Below are positions 18,401 to 27,523 of a stretch of 64,000 nt of DNA, one piece after another. The stretch lies in NCBI GenBank assembly GCA_048938105.1, contig JBHLMN010000011.1:64001-128000 (forward strand), read 5' to 3'. The first letter of the stretch is position 1, and each line of letters begins with the position of its first letter. This stretch comes from Promethearchaeota archaeon (lineage in GTDB: Archaea; Asgardarchaeota; Heimdallarchaeia; Hodarchaeales; Hodarchaeaceae). Under the pieces are notes generated by a model, which was not told where the DNA came from, searched no databases, and worked only from the letters and a program-made list of their open reading frames with translations. Both the position numbers and the translations under genes were made by a program.

Positions 18401-19813
18401 CTATCCTAATCTAATACCCCGCATTCTAACGTGTCCACCACCAGCGTAAACTGGTACTCCTTGCATAGGATCACTTTTTCCACAGATCCCTGGAAAATCA
18501 AAAGTAAGATCTCTAGAAACACCGTCAATTGAAGAAAATAATCCCACAGAAGTAAGTTCCATTACTGGACGACGAATCATTATCTCTGTAATTTCACCAT
18601 TCACTATTTGGTAACATTCAAAACCAACATATTTACTTTGATAACGTCGATCATCAATATTCCACTCCGTAAATGATAGCATATATATTCCATGTTTCAC
18701 ATCTTCAACCAGTTCTTCAAACGTGAAATCTCCTGGTTTCATATAAGTATTGGACATTCTTATTATAGGCTCACGATCAAAATTTTCAGATCTAGCTGAA
18801 CCATTTGACCCAAGACCAAATTTCACACCAAATTCTCTATTTAGTAAGGGTTCATTAATTATTCCATTTTTAATCAGAATTCTTTCACGTGCTTTCACAC
18901 CTTCATCATCATATTCATAATAACCGCCTGTACCTATAAGAGTAGGATCTTCACAAATTGTCACATGTTCAGAACCAACACGAGACTCTCCTAACTTTAA
19001 ATCACGCCAAAATGATTCCCCAGCTTGGGCACCTTCACGTCCCATGATTCTATCACCTTCACTAGGATGTCCACAATTTTCGTGACAAATAATACCCACA
19101 ACTTCAGGCCCAACAACAAAGTCTACTTTTCCTGTAATTCTACTGTCTGATTGAGCTGCAACTTTTGCTAATCGGGCGCAATGATCATCATATTCATCTA
19201 ACCAAGTTTTTACTCCTTCCCAACCAGTACTACGAGTTAAATCAACCCACCTTTGTTCAGAGTCTAGAAGTCCTTTAGCTGTTATAATTGAATAATATTT
19301 TAACATGGATAGATTCCCCTCGATCTTAGTCCCCTCAGAGGTTATGATATATTTTTTTGAACTCTGTGCCTCAAAGGTAGTTGCTCTAGTATTGATATTA
19401 TGATTTTCTGCCATTTTATCCATTTCTTGCAATAGTTCGAGCATTGTATCGGTATCAATGTCCTCTAATTTTTCTTTTGTATGAACCTCCCATTTTGCCT
19501 CATTCGTGATCGGATCACCAAAATCTATCTTTTCTTTAGGATTAGAGCGCTTTGCCATTTTCACTCCTGAGATAATAGCCCCTTTTACTTCTTTTTTTGA
19601 TATTTTGTCCACCGATACGAAGGCTAATCCTCCATTTACAAGGATACGAAACCCAATACCCAGCCATGGTTTATGTTCTCCTGAAATTAATGTACCATTA
19701 TGTAAAAAGAACACAGTTTTTTGTCCATCAATTAATCTCGCTTCTGCATAATCTGCACCATTTTGGTGAGCTAAGTCAACCCCATATTCAGCCAAATCTT
19801 TTCCAACTGACAT
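18401..19813 (-). CDS. tldD: TldD metalloprotease subunit
   Basis: HENCGHPSEGD zinc motif, YDDEG, PIIRMSNT and CGKSDPMQGVPV; start placed at MSVGKD. Confidence 0.92.
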   Translation of the reverse strand: MSVGKDLAEYGVDLAHQNGADYAEARLIDGQKTVFFLHNGTLISGEHKPWLGIGFRILVNGGLAFVSVDKISKKEVKGAIISGVKMAKRSNPKEKIDFGDPITNEAKWEVHTKEKLEDIDTDTMLELLQEMDKMAENHNINTRATTFEAQSSKKYIITSEGTKIEGNLSMLKYYSIITAKGLLDSEQRWVDLTRSTGWEGVKTWLDEYDDHCARLAKVAAQSDSRITGKVDFVVGPEVVGIICHENCGHPSEGDRIMGREGAQAGESFWRDLKLGESRVGSEHVTICEDPTLIGTGGYYEYDDEGVKARERILIKNGIINEPLLNREFGVKFGLGSNGSARSENFDREPIIRMSNTYMKPGDFTFEELVEDVKHGIYMLSFTEWNIDDRRYQSKYVGFECYQIVNGEITEIMIRRPVMELTSVGLFSSIDGVSRDLTFDFPGICGKSDPMQGVPVYAGGGHVRMRGIRLG

Positions 19814-20136
19814 CCTTATCAACTCTAGAAATACTATTACCATAGTTTTATCGGTATTAGCTAATTTATTTTTTATCTGCAAATATCTTTCTCTCGGGTT
19901 TTTTAAACTCTTGTCAAGAAAATATTAAACAATTTCATCTCAATGTAGTAATGGTTAAAATCAAGCTCGAGTCTTTAATTTAGGGACTGCTTTTAACAAT
20001 AGAAATAATTGAGGCACACAAAGGCATAATTACAGCTCAGAGTGAGGGAATGGGTAATAAATAACCTTTTGTATTACCTTATTACGAGAGAAATTAATAG
20101 AACCTAAGTAAAAATAACTAAACAGAACAGGATAGA

Positions 20137-20268
20137 TTAATGCCAGTACCAACGCATTTTCTCTAATTCTTCTGCAGAAATCTTGGGTTCCTTGCCGTAC
20201 TTCTTTTCCAAATCATTGTACTTCTTAATAGTACCTTTGGGTAGGTTTTTGTGATGAGACGATGACAT
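20137..20268 (-). CDS. Unannotated 43-aa protein MSSSHHKNLPKGTIKKYNDLEKKYGKEPKISAEELEKMRWYWH
   Basis: Manual translation; TTTAAA box at 20294-20299, about 26-31 nt upstream (leaderless-type spacing). Confidence 0.6.
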   Translation of the reverse strand: MSSSHHKNLPKGTIKKYNDLEKKYGKEPKISAEELEKMRWYWH

Positions 20269-20390
20269 ACAATTTTCATTATAGTATGAACCCTTTAAAC
20301 TCGAAAGAGAGAGAGTTAATCGAAAATGAAACTATGGTAGTGAATGAAGATTTATAAAGAGCTTAATCATCTATATAATTGATGATAAGT

Positions 20391-20522
20391 ATGACATTTA
20401 AGAAAAATCGCTCTTCTCCACGATTAAAAAAACACAAGATCAATAAAGAGGTTGTAGAGCAAATAAAAGACACTAAACGTCGTATGAAAGAGAAAATCAC
20501 AGAATCTAAACCTAAGAAATAA
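20391..20522 (+). CDS. Unannotated 43-aa Lys/Arg-rich protein MTFKKNRSSPRLKKHKINKEVVEQIKDTKRRMKEKITESKPKK
   Basis: Manual translation; TTTATAAA at 20351-20358; alternative in-frame ATG at 20382. Confidence 0.6.
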   Translation: MTFKKNRSSPRLKKHKINKEVVEQIKDTKRRMKEKITESKPKK

Positions 20523-20615
20523 TAGATCAAAAATTTTGAGTGGTAATCCAGCAATCCTTAGTTATAATAACAATACATACAATTTCCAAAAAAGCTAATC
20601 GTTAGAGGTGACCAT

Positions 20616-20735
20616 ATGCCCCGAAAAGGAAAGGGAGTTAGACGTATTCTCCGAGAAGAAAAAAGATTGCGAGAGAAAAAAAAACAAGGGAAAAAATCTT
20701 GGCGTTTTAAAAAAGAAAATATCAATATGGACTGA
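20616..20735 (+). CDS. Unannotated 39-aa Lys/Arg-rich protein MPRKGKGVRRILREEKRLREKKKQGKKSWRFKKENINMD
   Basis: Manual translation; strong RBS GAGGTGA at 20605-20611; ends 18-24 nt before the tlyA-like gene. Confidence 0.7.
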   Translation: MPRKGKGVRRILREEKRLREKKKQGKKSWRFKKENINMD

Positions 20736-20753
20736 TTATATGATGTGGAGTGA

Positions 20754-21467
20754 TTGAGTATGCGTTTAGATGAATGGCTGGTTCAAACGCAATATTTTTC
20801 TTCCAGATCAAAAGCTAATCGCTTCATTCGAAATATTGGGGTAATTATAAATGAAAAACTTGTGAAAAAACCAGCTTATAAAGTAAAACTTCATGACCAT
20901 GTTAATATTGAGGAATCAGCACTTCAGACTTTTACAAAACCGTTAGGTTATGTCAAAATGAAATGGTTATCTTCAAATCCTCATTTCCCTCCCATTAATC
21001 TGCAAGATAAATGCTTAGATATAGGTGCAAGTGCTGGAGGATTTAGTCTTTATCTGTTAGAACAAAATGTACACTCTGTGCTAGCAATTGAAATCTCACC
21101 AGATTTTAAGCCATTTTTAGAAGAAATCCAAAATAAATTCCCTAATAAGTTCTCATATTGGATAAAAGATTTTTTTAAAATAACTTCCAATAGTTTTCCT
21201 TGTCTTTTCAATCTTATCACAGCTGATTTAACATTGGATCCCTATTTTTTACTTGAGAAATTAGAGCTTTTTACTTCACTCTTACAACCATCTTCAATTC
21301 AAGCACGTCTTCTATTAACAATTAAAACTGGGAAAATCACAAATTTTAAAGATGTACTGGTGAAAATTGAGCAAAATGTTGATGATCTTTGTACAGATAT
21401 ATCCCTTAAATGGCTAGAATCATTACCAGATAAACAAGAACAATTTCTACTTCTTTTAAAGTCGTAG
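20754..21467 (+). CDS. TlyA-like rRNA 2'-O-methyltransferase (S4 plus FtsJ-like domain)
   Basis: MRLDEWLV..SRSKA S4 motif, KPAYKV, and LDIGASAGGFS SAM motif. Confidence 0.85.
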   Translation: MSMRLDEWLVQTQYFSSRSKANRFIRNIGVIINEKLVKKPAYKVKLHDHVNIEESALQTFTKPLGYVKMKWLSSNPHFPPINLQDKCLDIGASAGGFSLYLLEQNVHSVLAIEISPDFKPFLEEIQNKFPNKFSYWIKDFFKITSNSFPCLFNLITADLTLDPYFLLEKLELFTSLLQPSSIQARLLLTIKTGKITNFKDVLVKIEQNVDDLCTDISLKWLESLPDKQEQFLLLLKS

Positions 21468-21589
21468 TTTATAATATTAAAAAATAATTTTGAATGAACA
21501 ACGTTTTCTATTCCATTAATAGTCAAAAAATATAAACCTAATTTTCTTGATCATCCTTACCAAAATTCTCTTATCAGGAATGTGCATTT

Positions 21590-22012
21590 ATGGGTGATGA
21601 AAGTCCTAAATTAAAATATCTAAGTGAAAAGTGGCTAGAGGAAGTAATAAAGCGGATTAAAGCGAATTTAACTGCTGAGGATATGAAAAAAGTTTCCTCT
21701 TCAATGAAGAATATATATCAAAATTGTCCTGATGGGAAAATCCATTACTTATTTTTTAAATTCGAAAATGGTCTCCTAGATGAAGCTTTAGTTGGAACCG
21801 ATGAAGATGAGGTGGCAAAGAAACCATCTGAATTTCAAATTCTTGGGGATTATGAAACTTTCTCCCTAATCTCTCAAGCCAAATTGGGAGCTAGGAGTGC
21901 ATTAATGAGAAATAAAATTAAATTGAAAGGAAGCATGGTTAAAGCTTTACGTTTAGCTAGTGTTGTTGATCGTCTAAATAAAATCATTGCTACCGTACCA
22001 ACCGAGTTTTAA
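21590..22012 (+). CDS. SCP2 sterol/lipid-binding domain protein
   Basis: YLSEKW start and 'ALMRNKIKLKGSMVKALRL' SCP2 C-terminal motif. Confidence 0.85.
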   Translation: MGDESPKLKYLSEKWLEEVIKRIKANLTAEDMKKVSSSMKNIYQNCPDGKIHYLFFKFENGLLDEALVGTDEDEVAKKPSEFQILGDYETFSLISQAKLGARSALMRNKIKLKGSMVKALRLASVVDRLNKIIATVPTEF

Positions 22013-22022
22013 GGGATATATT

Positions 22023-23216
22023 ATGGATTATTACTATTCAATTGATCATAAAAAGCGATTGAAACTAATACAAGATAAGATGGAAGAGTGGGGATTATCC
22101 GTTTATCTTGGATCCCGATTACGAACCTTAAGCTATGTCGGTGATGTGTTTTGTCCTTGGCGCTCCTTTATTGTAATCCCTCAATCCGATGATCCAATAA
22201 TTTACACCTTTATTATTGATGCTGAGAGAGTACGGGACGACAGTTGGCTTGAGGAGGTTCGTGGATTTGGCCCATTAGGAGGCGGTCATCAGATCGACGT
22301 TATTGGAGAAGCTCTAAATGAATTTTTAACTGGTTCTGGAGTAGGAAAGATTGGAGTCGAATTAGGTATGTCCAATTACTTACCTGAGGGTCATTTAACA
22401 ACAGAAGAGTATAACGCTTTAACCAAGACTCTTCCAGATGCTGAATTCATCAACAGTATTGACATTATTGACGAAATCTCTATGTTTAAAGACCCTGGGG
22501 AAATAAATCGTTTTCGAAAAGCTTCGGATATCGTTGATATTGGCCATCAAGCTGTTTTGGATGAACTAGAAATTGGAATGACAGAAACTGAGATCGCAGG
22601 TTTAGCTGAATATGCCATGAGAAAAGCAGGGAGTGAGTGGGCCTGGTCCTTTACTGGCGGTAACGAGATCGCTTCTGGTTACCGAACAGCTTATCCTATG
22701 GGAGCTTGCACTCCAGCCACGAGACGAAGAATCAATTCAGGGGAGCCACTTATGGTTGATCTGCATGCAATGTTTAAACTAGGATTAGGAGATCATGCAC
22801 ATAATTATTTAATAGTTCCAGTAAATAAAAAGCAACAAGAACATGCAAATAACTTCATTGAGACAATCACTCGGGTTTTGGATCTTTATCAACCTGGTAT
22901 GACTCCTGGAAGGATGGCTGATGACATGATGGATTGGGCAGACATGAAAGGTTTTGCACAATTTCTAGTACCAGGATTTGAACATGGAATAGGATTAATG
23001 GGAGATGAATGGCGTATCGGTATGAACGATGGACCAATTCCTTATTGGACTAACCCTGATCACGTATACAAAGAAAACATGATGTTAATCTGTGCTATGC
23101 AATATATGTCTCCAGAAGATGAAGTAGGCTTTCGTTATGAAGCTCCAATTGTCATCACAAACGATGGGTGTGATGTGTTAGCCAAAACACCTCTTGAAGT
23201 TACTATTTTTGGATGA
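22023..23216 (+). CDS. M24 (Xaa-Pro peptidase/creatinase-like) family hydrolase
   Basis: Creatinase_N-like domain, KDPGEI, GMTETEIA, VDL..GD, EHGIGL and FRYE motifs. Confidence 0.85.
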   Translation: MDYYYSIDHKKRLKLIQDKMEEWGLSVYLGSRLRTLSYVGDVFCPWRSFIVIPQSDDPIIYTFIIDAERVRDDSWLEEVRGFGPLGGGHQIDVIGEALNEFLTGSGVGKIGVELGMSNYLPEGHLTTEEYNALTKTLPDAEFINSIDIIDEISMFKDPGEINRFRKASDIVDIGHQAVLDELEIGMTETEIAGLAEYAMRKAGSEWAWSFTGGNEIASGYRTAYPMGACTPATRRRINSGEPLMVDLHAMFKLGLGDHAHNYLIVPVNKKQQEHANNFIETITRVLDLYQPGMTPGRMADDMMDWADMKGFAQFLVPGFEHGIGLMGDEWRIGMNDGPIPYWTNPDHVYKENMMLICAMQYMSPEDEVGFRYEAPIVITNDGCDVLAKTPLEVTIFG

Positions 23217-23235
23217 TTTGGGTTTGTAGATATCT

Positions 23236-23802
23236 TTATCTTTCCCTTTCCTCTAATTTTATGAGATTACCGTTTGTTGTCTCATAGATATAACCAACAA
23301 CTTCCACTCCAGTTGGTGAGATTAAAGGATGTTCTCGAATACTTTCAACCGTTTTCTGGATCTGTACTTTAACATCTTTAAAACCACGAAATGCTTCTGT
23401 AGGATTAGAGGAGTTTAGCAGATGTAAGACTTTTTCACGTGAAATACTTGCTTTTTGGGAAATATTGGACAATAACTGGTTCATATGATCCTCTGTCATC
23501 TTCCCTCCACAATCGGTGTGACCACAAACCACGATTAAATTTACATTCAGCTCATATACAGAAATTAATAAGGAACGAAGACTATCAAGAGTTAATAATG
23601 CACCTGCAGTCCTAATAATGATAGCTTCTCCTGGATCTTCAATCCCAAATACACTAGAGACTATCCGACAATCTATACACGTTAGAATGGCTACTCGCCA
23701 CATAGGTTTGTTTGTTAATTCCCCATAAGGAAAGTAGAACTTAAGATTTCTCCATTTTTTAAATTTAACATCTAAACTGTTAACATCCATTGTTATCAAC
23801 AA
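23236..23802 (-). CDS. Beta-class carbonic anhydrase
   Basis: TCIDCR, IRTAGA, HTDCG and GYIYETTNG motifs. Confidence 0.9.
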   Translation of the reverse strand: MLITMDVNSLDVKFKKWRNLKFYFPYGELTNKPMWRVAILTCIDCRIVSSVFGIEDPGEAIIIRTAGALLTLDSLRSLLISVYELNVNLIVVCGHTDCGGKMTEDHMNQLLSNISQKASISREKVLHLLNSSNPTEAFRGFKDVKVQIQKTVESIREHPLISPTGVEVVGYIYETTNGNLIKLEERER

Positions 23803-23943
23803 GGAAATGCTTCAGGTAATTCCTTGTCAAAGCACTATTTATACCAGCTCTTGTCAGACTTAATGCTTAAAGAAGAAGAAAGATGATCATAATCAAAACT
23901 AAATTTACCCAGTTAAAGAGAAATGAATGTAAAGTATTATTAC

Positions 23944-25671
23944 TTATTCTGATGGTTCATATGTTTCTAATGGTGGTAAATACAAAGTAGAGAATAAAGA
24001 AAGATCAATTTCAAATGAAGCAGCAGGGACAAATATTTCCCAATTCTCAAGTAATAATGGAGAGACCTCACCAATTAGCCCGATTTCATCATCATCAACT
24101 AATATTCTCGCTGTTCTTCCTTGAATAAATTCAGGTGATTCAGTAACTTCAAGTTTGTATTTAGTTCCTAATGTTTGAAGTAAAGTTTCTAGAATACTGT
24201 GACAATGCTCGAATGAAACTTCAGCGCCAGCTAGGATAACTGCAGCCTTGTTGATAGTTTTAATTGTGTTATCCCCTACTATGACAACTTCTCCTACTTC
24301 AAAGAGGTATTGTGGATACTCTGTATGTGTATTTCGAGATAGAAAATCAAATAATCCAGGTAAGAGACGATTCCTCACAACTGAATAGGTTTGACTTACT
24401 GGATTAGCAACTTGAACACAAGAAGAAAGGACATCACCATCATATCCCATTAATGAAGATAATTTTGTTGGGTCAGTGAGGCTGAAGTTGAGAACCTCTT
24501 GCAATGAGCACCCACTTAAAATTTCCCGAACATAATTCTCACTTACCGTTCGAGGAGATAATCCCCCTATTGTTGGAACCTCTGAACCAGCGGGTTCAAT
24601 GTTCATATATCCATATGCAATTGCTACTTCCTCTGCCACATCAACCCAATGAAGTATATCTACTCGGTAGGGAGGGTATTTAACAACTAATGAACCATTT
24701 TTTTCAACAGCATCCAATCTTCTTTTACGAAGTAATTTGATAATGTCTTTTACGGTTAAATTAAGATCCAAATAATTCTCAATATCTTCTGGTTCTACTA
24801 CTATTTCATTTGGTTTAGTTTCAGGAGTGACTAGTGTACTAGGCGCATCTCCATGATTTTTTGGGTAATGAATTTCTACACTATATACTTTACCGTCACG
24901 ATCTCTTATTGCTTGCGTAATCAATGTGTTGACCACTTTAACGACTTCAAGGTTAGTTCCTGTGACTTCCACTAGGACATCAGTTGTTTCTTCGTTTATA
25001 CGTCCAACATCATTACTATTAATTATTGGAGGCATGGAAAGAATGACATCATTCACATCTCGAAGAATAGGTAGATCTCCTTTAGAAGGTAATATGTTAC
25101 CATACTCAATACCTTTTTCATGTCTTATTAGGATTTCATCTAACGTCATTTTCTCGTTATATCCAAGGGGATAGAAAGAAGTTGATCGTGGGGTAAGGCC
25201 ATAGTAAATAGGACTTTCTAGCATATTAGCATTATAAATTCCAATAGAAGAACGACGACGACGACGTCCATATGAAAAATCAACTTTCTCCTGTAATTGG
25301 ATCAATTGTTTAATAAGGAAATCAGAGAACTTTACTCCTTTAATAAGGGAACAAGCAATGTATGGACGAATGGGTTTAATTCGGGGGTCTACTTCTATTA
25401 CAAAACCACTAGGTTCGGCAGAGATCTCAGTCAATCCTTCTTGCAAGCCTATTATACCACTGATCTCTCTTACAAGCCCTTCAACACCCCAGATGTCTGG
25501 TCGATTAGAAGTTTTGCAGTCAACTTTAATATAACCCTCATCGGCCAAATCATGTTCTTCGATTTCCGATTTAGCAAAGCTAAAGAGACGATCCAATTCC
25601 TCTATTGAAGTATTGTCAGGTAGATTAAGTAATTCAATTATATCAAAGTATGATATTTTGAAAGCAACCAA
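23944..25671 (-). CDS. pheT: Phenylalanine--tRNA ligase beta subunit (archaeal type)
   Basis: NRPDIW, GRRRRRSSIGIY, SMPPIINS and PPYRVDILHWVDVAEEVAIAYG motifs. Confidence 0.97.
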   Translation of the reverse strand: MVAFKISYFDIIELLNLPDNTSIEELDRLFSFAKSEIEEHDLADEGYIKVDCKTSNRPDIWGVEGLVREISGIIGLQEGLTEISAEPSGFVIEVDPRIKPIRPYIACSLIKGVKFSDFLIKQLIQLQEKVDFSYGRRRRRSSIGIYNANMLESPIYYGLTPRSTSFYPLGYNEKMTLDEILIRHEKGIEYGNILPSKGDLPILRDVNDVILSMPPIINSNDVGRINEETTDVLVEVTGTNLEVVKVVNTLITQAIRDRDGKVYSVEIHYPKNHGDAPSTLVTPETKPNEIVVEPEDIENYLDLNLTVKDIIKLLRKRRLDAVEKNGSLVVKYPPYRVDILHWVDVAEEVAIAYGYMNIEPAGSEVPTIGGLSPRTVSENYVREILSGCSLQEVLNFSLTDPTKLSSLMGYDGDVLSSCVQVANPVSQTYSVVRNRLLPGLFDFLSRNTHTEYPQYLFEVGEVVIVGDNTIKTINKAAVILAGAEVSFEHCHSILETLLQTLGTKYKLEVTESPEFIQGRTARILVDDDEIGLIGEVSPLLLENWEIFVPAASFEIDLSLFSTLYLPPLETYEPSE

Positions 25672-25682
25672 GATTTACACCT

Positions 25683-27176
25683 CTAGATCAAAGGAACTTT
25701 CCGTAACCAATTCAAGTTTTGGGTGAAGAGCTCACGAATATCGCTAATTCCTCGATTTACCATATAGAGTCTATCCACCCCGAGACCCCATGCAATTACT
25801 GGATCAGAAATGCCAAAAGGCGCAGTAACCTCGGGACGAAAGATACCAGAACCGCCAAACTCAATATAACCGAGCTTAGGATGATAAGCACTAAGTTCAG
25901 CAGAGGGACTAGTGAATGGATAATAATCAGGCTTGAATCTAACTTTAGATGCCCCTGCGATTTCAATGGCAAAAGTTTTTAGAAGTCCTAGAAGGGTACG
26001 GAAGGTGATAGAGGGATCACAGGAAATTCCTTCCAGCTGATTGAACTCAGAAAGGTGAACAGCATCAACTGAATCAGGTCTATAACATCGCGCTATAGAG
26101 AAGTATTTTGCAGGAATTTTCATCTTATAAAGCGTCCTAGCACTCACAGCTGTTCCTTGAGGTCTTAATATCAATTGAGCAGCTTTTGATGGATCCCATT
26201 TATACCGCCACCCTCGTGAACCTACAGGTTCGCCAGTCTCATGAACAAGTTGAACGTTTTTAACGAGCTCCTGATCTTTCGGAAGGTTTCCATGAGTTGG
26301 TTTCTTTATAGTATACACATCAGACCATTCACGCGCTGAATGATCTTGGGCTTGGAATAAGGCATCAAAGTTCCAGAACTCAGACTCAACAAGTGGGCCC
26401 CTCATCTCGGTAAATCCAAGACCCACAAGTTTTTGTTTTACTTCATCCAAGAACATAAGATATGGATGTTTTCTACCTATTGGGATTTTTTTAGGATGAC
26501 TAGTAACATTATAGCTTTTTAGCTTTAAAGATCGCCATTCACCAGATCGTATATGATATGGAGTCAATCGTGACACAGTTTCTACAATTTGAGTTTTTTG
26601 TAATGCTTTGGATCCTGAATTAGTTATTTCAACGGTTGTACGTTGTCGTTCTTTTAATTCAATGAATCCTCTTTTCGAAAGTACTGGTAGTATTTTTTTT
26701 GAAACGGGAAATAAATGATCTTCAGATAAAGATTTCAAGGTTGCTTCTAATTCTTGATTTAAATTTGCTTCTCTTTCAACAGGAATAAGATTTCCTTTCT
26801 TAATTTTGATTAAATCCGCATTTCTTAATTTTCCAATTCCAGCGTTTACTTCCTGCTTAGTTAAACCTAAATTAGAAGAGAGCTGAGCTATTGGTATTCC
26901 TTTAGGTTTATTCTTTACTAGTTTCAATATCTGATTTTCCGGTAATCCCGCATTAACAATTTTTTGACCTTCTCTTGTTAATACAACACGAGTGATAATT
27001 TTTACATCTCTACTTGCCAATTTTTCTTTATTCAATTGTGAGGTAATTTGTTCTACTTTGGCATGGGGTTTCCCAACAATTTCAGCCAATTGATCTATTG
27101 TAACGGGCCCACTTTTACTCAATTGATCTAAGATTTCCGCCATATCTGGAGTAATGATGATAGAATCCTTATTCAA
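25683..27176 (-). CDS. pheS: Phenylalanine--tRNA ligase alpha subunit (archaeal type)
   Basis: GRKHP, FWNFDALFQAQDH, HLSEFNQLEG, YPFTSPS, GSGIFRPE and AWGLGVDR motifs; N-terminal wHTH extension. Confidence 0.97.
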   Translation of the reverse strand: MNKDSIIITPDMAEILDQLSKSGPVTIDQLAEIVGKPHAKVEQITSQLNKEKLASRDVKIITRVVLTREGQKIVNAGLPENQILKLVKNKPKGIPIAQLSSNLGLTKQEVNAGIGKLRNADLIKIKKGNLIPVEREANLNQELEATLKSLSEDHLFPVSKKILPVLSKRGFIELKERQRTTVEITNSGSKALQKTQIVETVSRLTPYHIRSGEWRSLKLKSYNVTSHPKKIPIGRKHPYLMFLDEVKQKLVGLGFTEMRGPLVESEFWNFDALFQAQDHSAREWSDVYTIKKPTHGNLPKDQELVKNVQLVHETGEPVGSRGWRYKWDPSKAAQLILRPQGTAVSARTLYKMKIPAKYFSIARCYRPDSVDAVHLSEFNQLEGISCDPSITFRTLLGLLKTFAIEIAGASKVRFKPDYYPFTSPSAELSAYHPKLGYIEFGGSGIFRPEVTAPFGISDPVIAWGLGVDRLYMVNRGISDIRELFTQNLNWLRKVPLI

Positions 27177-27276
27177 CTCGTTTGAAACTCCTTTATCTGA
27201 AAAATGGTAATTCTGCTTATTTTTTGTAAGATTCGTGATCGATGTAAAAGTAATTGTAAAAATAGATAATTTGACA

Positions 27277-27358
27277 GGTTTAGTGATGCCTTATTTAATA
27301 CAAAAGAAGAGTCATTTTCATTTAGGGCTGTGTAAAGTCCAAGGCATCTACCTCAACC
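27277..27358 (-). promoter_or_regulatory. Candidate structured 5' leader RNA of pheST containing a 9-aa uORF
   Basis: Perfect inverted repeat GATGCCTT (27285-27292) / AAGGCATC (27341-27348), extended by GGTT/AACC; TATA-like TTTAAA at about 27379-27384. Confidence 0.45.
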
Positions 27359-27523
27359 AGAGCCAGAATAAGAGTTAATTTAAATGTTTCGATTATTCTC
27401 TATTTTGTTCTTTAGTTATCTCAGATTTTTATCACAAAGGGTGTTCTCTCTGATTAACAGCCCAATCTTTCCCCCAGATCTTAGATTCACCTCATTAATC
27501 ACTAGTATCACTTAATTCCACCG

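Noticed and set aside
20363-20554. 63-aa minus-strand ORF in the track
   Set aside because: It is the antisense shadow of the K-rich + strand micro-ORF, which has the TATA box.
27318-27347. Classical pheM-type Phe attenuator peptide or T-box
   Set aside because: There are no Phe codons and no T-box consensus; it is kept only as an unexplained leader.
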